A DNA stretch of 60,719 bases, the filler included. It is 8 parts of 8 records of this genome, joined end to end, with 100 filler letters (N's around TTAATTAATTAA, not from the genome) between each part and the next. Parts side by side here need not be neighbours in the genome. Positions count along the whole stretch, not along the records: positions 50,079 to 55,299 come from SRR31147125_59784; positions 55,400 to 60,719 come from SRR31147125_59849; 6 more parts are not named here. One strand, 5' to 3'. Below the pieces are notes generated by a model that was not told the DNA's origin, searched no databases, and saw nothing but the letters and a program-made list of their open reading frames with translations. Both the position numbers and the translations under genes were made by a program. Below, piece after piece: positions 54,339 to 60,719 of the stretch (position 1 is the first letter of the stretch; every line of letters starts with the position of its first letter).

Positions 54339-54383
54339 GAGAGAATTATCGACAGGAAAGGCCGGTCACCCAGCCCATAATCG

Positions 54384-54950
54384 CTATTCGGGTGTGCCTA
54401 CTTTCAAAATATTGTAAATCGTTCCCCTGGAAACTCCATATTCCCTTGATAGCCCTGTGGGAGTCTTGCCAGCTGCCCTCTTCTCATGAATTTCCTTTTG
54501 CTGATCGACGGTCAAGGTGGGCTTTCGGCCACAATGCACACCTTTGGATTGTGCAGCCTTGATTCCCGCCACCTGACGCTCACGTCTCAGATTCGTTTCA
54601 AACTCTGCAAAGACCCCAAGCATCTGAAGAAACGCCTTACCGGATGCCGTGCCGGTATCGATAGCCTGGTCAAGAATCTCTAAGTGTGCTCCCTTCTGTT
54701 CCAGCATAGTGACGATGTTGGTCAAGTCGTTCATATCCCTTGCCAGACGGTCAAGCTTCCACACCACCAACTTATCGCCCTGGGTGATCATGTCCAAGAT
54801 GAGAGAAAGCACCTCCCGGCTCTTCATGCTGGTACCTGATTGCTTTTCTTCCCGGTAAACCGCATCGGGATATTTTTTTCTCAGGGCCGTTTCCTGAAGG
54901 TGAGTATTTTGATCCAAGGTGCTGACTCGGGCGTAAAGAAAAGTGTTCAT
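54384..54950 (-). CDS. Serine resolvase-family recombinase 2
   Basis: LYARVSTLDQ, EKQSG, GDKLVVWKLDRLAR, FAEFETNLRRERQ.AGI, HTH GVSRGTIY. Confidence 0.95.
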   Translation of the reverse strand: MNTFLYARVSTLDQNTHLQETALRKKYPDAVYREEKQSGTSMKSREVLSLILDMITQGDKLVVWKLDRLARDMNDLTNIVTMLEQKGAHLEILDQAIDTGTASGKAFLQMLGVFAEFETNLRRERQVAGIKAAQSKGVHCGRKPTLTVDQQKEIHEKRAAGKTPTGLSREYGVSRGTIYNILKVGTPE

Positions 54951-54965
54951 GATCTGTCCTCCAAA

Positions 54966-55094
54966 TGTGTCAAAAAAGTGTTCAACAACATATAGAAGAT
55001 TTTAGAACGAACGTCAAGAATTGAAAATCAACCTTTTTGACGCCCATTTCACGGGAATTCGATTTGTGTTCAAAAAGGTATACCTTGATGACAA
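54966..55094. promoter_or_regulatory. res site of recombinase 2; probable site I at ~55067-55094
   Basis: GTCAAAAA/TTTTTGAC and GTTCAA arms. The distal GTTCAAAAAGGT-AT-ACCTTGATGAC is centred on AT at 55080-55081. Confidence 0.6.
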
Positions 55095-55204
55095 CACTAT
55101 ATCTTGTGGTTGTAACATTCGAATAATCTCAACCACTTGCTGGCGTAATGAGCGCCAGTAAAAAGTCTGACGCTTCATCTCAATTTCAGCGATCGACTTT
55201 ATAA

Positions 55205-55299
55205 TTACGAGGGATTCTCACTTTGCTTTTGAACTTCTTCGAGAAAAACCATAATTTCTGGATCATTCCTCCATCCTCGGGCCAACTCTTGGACAGCGG
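55205..55299 (-). CDS. 3' end of a HEAT-repeat protein (resembles the repeats of NACHT-HEAT proteins), 5'-truncated
   Basis: Minus-strand translation AVQELARGWRNDPEIMVFLEEVQKQSENPS*. Confidence 0.5.
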
Positions 55300-55399
55300 N
55301 NNNNNNNNNNNNNNNNNNNNNNNNNNNNNNNNNNNNNNNNNNNTTAATTAATTAANNNNNNNNNNNNNNNNNNNNNNNNNNNNNNNNNNNNNNNNNNNN

Positions 55400-58300
55400 G
55401 AGGAAGAGGAAGAGGAAGACGAAGACGAAGACGGTGGTGACTTGGCACTATTCTTGCGAGTAGAAAAAGAGAAGAAGAAGAAGAAGAAGAAAGGAGAGGA
55501 CAAGAGTCATACAAGCATGAAGATAAGTGACATTTCCGTTGGAGAGGTGGTGCTGGTTGCTGAGAAGAGCAAAGATCGTTGGATCCCCGCAATGGACAAG
55601 ACACTTGGTCGTGGTGGATTGGTGGTAAGCATTGACATCAAGGCGCGTCGTGTGCAGCTGGCATTTTGCAACCTAGACGATGGATCCGTATCTACCTTCT
55701 GGTATCCTCCCTCCTCACTGAAGGCCATTCCCACGGGTGTGATGGTCCGTCAGACACGTCAGGAAGCACAGCAAGCCCTGAAGGAGCTTGAGTCGTCCTT
55801 GTGTATTCGATATGCACGCCGAGCCGTTCTGGGCTATATGGCATTGTACCGAACTTCAGCATCCCTGTCATTCGCTGTGTTAGGGGGAAAGCAAAATCTC
55901 CTGGATCTTTTGCGTCTTGTTCACATTCAAGAGAACGACTGTACCGAGGCAACAACGATTGGACAGACATGGTATGTGATAATGGCGGTATCGGTCGCGT
56001 ATCTCACTCACTCACTCTCTCCGTAGGTATGAGCAGGCCGGCCCACTTGTACGTCTCCTTCTGGCTCGTCTCGTGGGTTTCCTCCGTCAGGAACGAGTGG
56101 TTGAACTTTTTAAACCTTCTCCTCGGACTCCTCGAGATTCGCCCTTGTCTGCCGCTTTGACTAGGAAGAAGTCATCCACCGAATCAAAGAAGCCAGAGGC
56201 ATCAAAAGACAATGTCAAAAAGCTTGTGGCCCAGTGGGAAAAACGTGCAGATGGAACATCATCATCGGGCTCAAGCAGCAAACTGAAGGTACCCGCGGAG
56301 AAACGTGAGGGGGAGCCGCCACAGATTCAAAGGGAAAAGGAAAGGGAAAGTGGGAGTTGTTGCGCAAGGCCAAGGCACCCGCCACAAGGGGACCGGGTAG
56401 CGGAGACGAAGAGTACGCGGCAACATCTGCTGATGGCATTCCAGCCAAGGGAACCTCTCTGATGTCTCTTCTCCTTCATGAGATCGTTCGTGACCTTGTC
56501 GAGAGTTTGAGGGAAACGGTATCGGTTCCGACTCAAGTCTACGAGACAGAACACCCATACCCGGACTCAGCTCAGATCGAGACAGAGATCTACTACCCTG
56601 GTGTTGAGAGTCTCCTCATCCAGTTCCACCCGTCAAGCTCAACGGAAGCTGGGGCAGATGGCGTTCTTCTCTTCAATCAACCTGGCTATGCAGAGGCCCT
56701 TACACTGTGTACAGGCCGTGGCGATTCAGCATGGCATCCCCATGTGGTGAATCAGGACCGCTTCTGGACAAAGTTCATTTCCGACATGGACCAGACTGAT
56801 TGGGGATACATGATGACTGTCCAGCCCCTTCGCAAGAAGCTCAATGACACGCAAGCCCTCTACCAACCTAACTTTGACCATGCAATCTTTCTGTTAGATT
56901 GGCTACTGAGTCACTCATCCATGTGGGTGAAAGGCATCTTCCGTGTTGAGGTATGGAGAGTATGTTCTCGTTCCTCTGGTCCCGTACCCACTCTCCTTCG
57001 CTGAAAAGGTGTTTGACGCACTTGTCAAAAACCTATACGCACGATGGTACAATATCGACCAACAGATTCGTGTTCTTCGTGTCATGGCGCGTTTGTTGCA
57101 GAACTACGAGAAGTTTCCCGCTCATGTGCGTTGGGAATTCTGATTTCCCTTTTCTGATGCTCATTCTGCCCAGACGTGTCCGGATATAACAAAACTACGA
57201 CCTCTCATCTTTTCCATGCATGCCCTGTACACACGAGAGCGTGCCGACTGGAACTTCCACATGCACTCGGAGTTGTGCAGAATTCTGGTAGAAGTTGGGA
57301 TCGCTGTTGCACAGATCCAAAGCAAAGAGCAGAAGTTTGATCCCTACACGATCCGTACGTATTCTACCATGCATCTCTCGGGACATGTGCTTACCCACCT
57401 TACTATATAGCGGATAGCACCCATAAGGGATTCAATTGTGACGGTTGCGGGGCGTCGGACTTGATAGGAGACCGTTTTCATTGCCTGAACTGTTCCGACT
57501 TTGATTTGTGTCAAATGTGCGCAAGGACGTGTCGCCATGACAAGAAACATGTGTTTGTGAAGTTCTCGGCTGCTGTGGAGATGGATGACGCAATGGAATT
57601 GGTGAAGAAATCCTTCCCCGATTTGTATGCAAAGAAAGGCGATGCCGATGACGATAACGACGACAACGACAACGGCAACGACGACGACGACGACGACATT
57701 GCCCCCCATGGTGATGATGGTCGTCCCAGGAAAACAGTGGATGGAGAATGGATTCATCATGACGTAATGTGTGCTGGCTGCGGTCAGTCTCCCATCATCG
57801 GAACACGTTACGTTAGTTTCGTACGTGAGGATGTCAATGTCTGTTGGCTCTGTGAGGCGACACGGAGGGGCATCAAGGACGGGGAACCGCTCTTGTGGAT
57901 TCGTATTCCTCTGCCAGGTCCCGTCCAAGGGTTATCGTGTGACGCCCTCACACTGAAGCCCCCCTTATGGTACGTAGCCTTGCTACGTCGTGAAGGGCAC
58001 TCACTCGTATTCCGTGGTGTATACAGCTAGAGTGGTTTAGGGATCTTGTCGAGACGGTTACGTGCTTGCGAGACAAGGTAGACGGAAAAGGGTTTTCTTC
58101 GGACTTTGTGCGCAAAGCAGGAGAACAATCGCAACGCAAAATGTGGGTGGAAGAGACCCCGCATCCCTATCCCAACAATGCGCGAGCCACATCGGAGGTG
58201 GAGTTCCCGGGGGCCGATCATCTCACCATTCACTTTGATCACCGGTGCAAGTTAGAGGACGGGACGGATATGATGTTCCTCTCGGCCCTCGCTCCCGGGC

Positions 58301-60719
58301 AAAGTGATATCGGAAAGTTCTCGGGTCCACTGAGTGGAACCCCATTCCCCAAAGATCCTGTTGTTGTTCCTGGCTCGAAAGTAATTTGGACTCTTATCAG
58401 TGATCCGAGCGAGACGGATTGGGGATTCTGCTTTACGGTTGTTCCACACTACCCACCAGCTGACGAAACCCAACGGGTGGGTCGATAGATGAATGGATGG
58501 ATACATTCGTCCCTAACCTGCTGCTGTTGTTGTTGTGTAGATTGAATGGCAGAATGAGGTTGTTTCCTTGGCAGAAGCCACTCAAAGTGTCTGGACACAA
58601 GCCATGGATCAACAGTTGGTGGCCTTTGTGAACGCAGCCGGAAAGAAAGAACCAGCTCATTCGAAACTCAGTATGCCTGATACGATTCACGACATTTTGC
58701 AGGTGTGTAGGGACGCGACGCGTTGTTCCTGTTTGGCGCTCACTCCCCTCTAGATGCCATTTGAACGGTGTGACACCAAGATGCTTCAGTCCTACCCACT
58801 ACTGGCTGCCCTGGACGAAAAGGTCGTCGCGGTGCGATACTACGTACTGCGCTACCTGAACGAGAAGGTGGCCACACTCATCCCATTTGCGGGAATGAAC
58901 CACGTGGGCGAAGGATCGGGGAACATTGGCTATTTGGTGGCTGCCCTCAGGTGCGCGGATAGGCTCCAATCAAACAGGTATTGACGGCAATTGTCTCGCC
59001 TCAGGGGTCTCGTGCTTTCCGACACGAAATCCGAATGGATCACAATGTTCGTTCGAGAATCCTCCACCGTACTAGCAATGCCCACCATTCATGTGAATCG
59101 ACAAAAGAGTGAGACCGAGAGCCTTTTCATGCAAACCTATCGACAACTCAACCACCTGAACACAAACAAGCTTCGTCAGGCCGAGCGTGCCTTTAAGGTG
59201 TGTGGGGTATGGGCAATTTTGTACACGGTCTCATTCACTGTTTCTCTCAAGGTGGTCTTTGCAAACGAAGGCGCGGATGATGCGGGAGGCCCCTATCGTG
59301 AAGCCCTTTCGCAAATCTCTGAGGAGTTAGCAGCCTCTGCGGCAGGTCTTTTCGTTGCATGTCCCAACGCTTCCTCCGGAATGGGCGAAAATCAAGAGAA
59401 ACGTGTTCCCAACTCGATTCGAGAGGACCCCGAGAGTCTGGCCATGTTCGAGTTTGTGGGAAAGGTTGGTTTGCATCGGCGCTTGTGTGTTTGTACTTGT
59501 TTTGCTTAGATCCCGTTGCTTGTGGGGGGAATAGCTATTGGGAATCGCCTTGCGCACTGGTAATCCTGTTGAACTTGACCTTCCCAGTATGATTTGGAAG
59601 TCACTTGTGGGATTGACACCCGACTTGATCGATTTGGAGGCTATTGACACGGCTTGTGTGCAATACCTCGAAAACATCCGCGAGAAGATGGTTCGTGAGT
59701 ATGGTGTTGACGAGACGACGTTTAATGATTTCATGTACGGTCCCAATCCATGATACCCTTGATGTGGAAATCCGCTCACGATGCATCACAGCTTTGAAAC
59801 GTTTGCAACCACGACAAGCGCTGGGAAGACTGTTGAACTTTTGCCAGGCGGCAAGGATAGGCATGTGACCTTTGAGAATCGCATGGAGTTTGCCAAGCTA
59901 GTGGAATACATCCGATTACACGAGTACGATCTTCAGATCGCAGCGATTTCGCGTGGGATCCGTGCAATTGTTGATCCATCCGTCTTTCTATTGCTAACCG
60001 AGAAGGAGGTACATCGTCTGTTGTGTTTGGTATGGATTCCCTTTGTCATTCTTGATTGGGCCAGGTGGAGAAACGTGCCACGGGGGAAGCAGGAGTGGAC
60101 ATTGCTCTTCTCAAACAAAAGACACGATACAGGGGTGTGGAGGCTGACGCTCCCCATGTGAAGGTTTGTAGTATTCTTACCATCACTAGAAACTCAAGTG
60201 TATGTGTACAGAATTTCTGGAGCATTCTTGAATCCTTCGATTCACTCAATCGCATGCTGTACGTCTTCTGCGCTCGAACAAGTGCAAGGCAGGCTCATGT
60301 ATGCTGTTCTTCAGGTATCTGCGCTTTGTGTACGGGCGCTCAAGGCTTCCGGCCGAGTCCGAATTCGATCAACAGCACACCATTTCCCTGTGGACTAAGG
60401 TGCGTGTAGGTGTGTCATGGTGAATCGCTTACATCGAGAGTGAACGAAGGACGGAAACCCGGATGACTACCTCCCCGAAGCGCACACTTGTTTCTTTGCC
60501 ATTGATCTACCGCCGTATTCGACGGAGGATGTTCGTGACCCTCGGCATGTTGGATGCTGCTGCCTCTTATTCCCATTTTCCCAGATTATGCGTGAGAAAC
60601 TGCTCTACGCAATCACAGCGTGCCGTGACATTGACACAGATGACTACGCTATCCGCATGAATCGTGAACGGGCGCCTGGAATCGAAGAGGAAGACGAAGA
60701 TGAGGAGGGAGAGGGGGTG
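55400..60719 (+). CDS. Eukaryotic multi-exon HERC1/2-type HECT E3 ubiquitin ligase (partial) with CUB-like (ExxHPY) and ZZ zinc-finger domains
   Basis: Spliced translation gives FKVVFANEGADDAGGPYRE, FEFVGKLLGIALRT, VELLPGG.D..VT..NR, YLRFVYGRSRLP, PDDYLPEAHTCFFAIDLPPYS (catalytic Cys) and CRDIDTDD. ZZ finger HKGFNCDGC...RFHCLNCSDFDLCQMC. GT-AG introns include 55972-56026, 56951-57008, 57126-57173, 57355-57410, 58477-58540, 58703-58753, 58951-59004, 59198-59251, 59465-59534, 59735-59791, 60009-60064, 60164-60211, 60259-60314, 60400-60449 and 60531-60584. Confidence 0.9.

Noticed and set aside
13619-55399. Recurrent TTAATTAATTAA motif and ORFs ending in ...LIN
   Set aside because: Artificial linker within N-runs. 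Gene adjacency across linkers has no biological meaning.
57640-57700. GAC/AAC trinucleotide repeat and the antisense poly-Val ORF 57344..57928
   Set aside because: It encodes an acidic D/N linker in the HECT gene; the antisense ORF is a shadow.

Overview
This window is not one genome. It is eight unrelated (meta)genomic contigs joined by 100-nt artificial linkers (N-run, TTAATTAATTAA, N-run). Taxonomic labels are impressions from gene style only. A (1-13618, FCB/KSB1-like bacterium): GH106 glycosidase; kinase-cyclase-STAND-TPR protein; GAF sigma-54 activator with its own -24/-12 promoter; SnoaL protein; secreted FlgD/T9SS-tail proteins. B (13719-20623, deltaproteobacterium-like): EcsC, MscK-like channel, large membrane protein. 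C (20724-28708, Bacteroidota-like): leucine catabolism, sugar isomerase/AraC, mtaB, miaB. D (28809-37479, spirochaete-like): rpsF with an S6:S18 leader, UGPase, APC-EIIA fusion, an uncalled 29-aa bS22/AURKAIP1-type protein, murD, FemAB, metG. E (37580-43155, Clostridia-like): FAD oxidoreductases and a liv ABC operon. F (43256-49978, spirochaete-like): uvrD/pcrA, hipBA-type module, trpB2. G (50079-55299): two serine resolvases flanking a C5-MTase-Vsr-HNH restriction-modification module. H (55400-60719): an intron-rich eukaryotic HERC-type HECT ligase. Many genes carry single-base-loss frameshifts, mostly in homopolymers, most likely sequencing errors. The best novelty candidate is contig G. The R-M module is bounded by an exact duplication of the right arm of resolvase crossover site I, as if captured as a cassette at the res site, and both dissimilar resolvase genes are followed by the same 44-bp (2x22) repeat. 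The second candidate is contig A's STAND kinase, whose cyclase domain has lost all four catalytic residues, next to a sigma-54 circuit.
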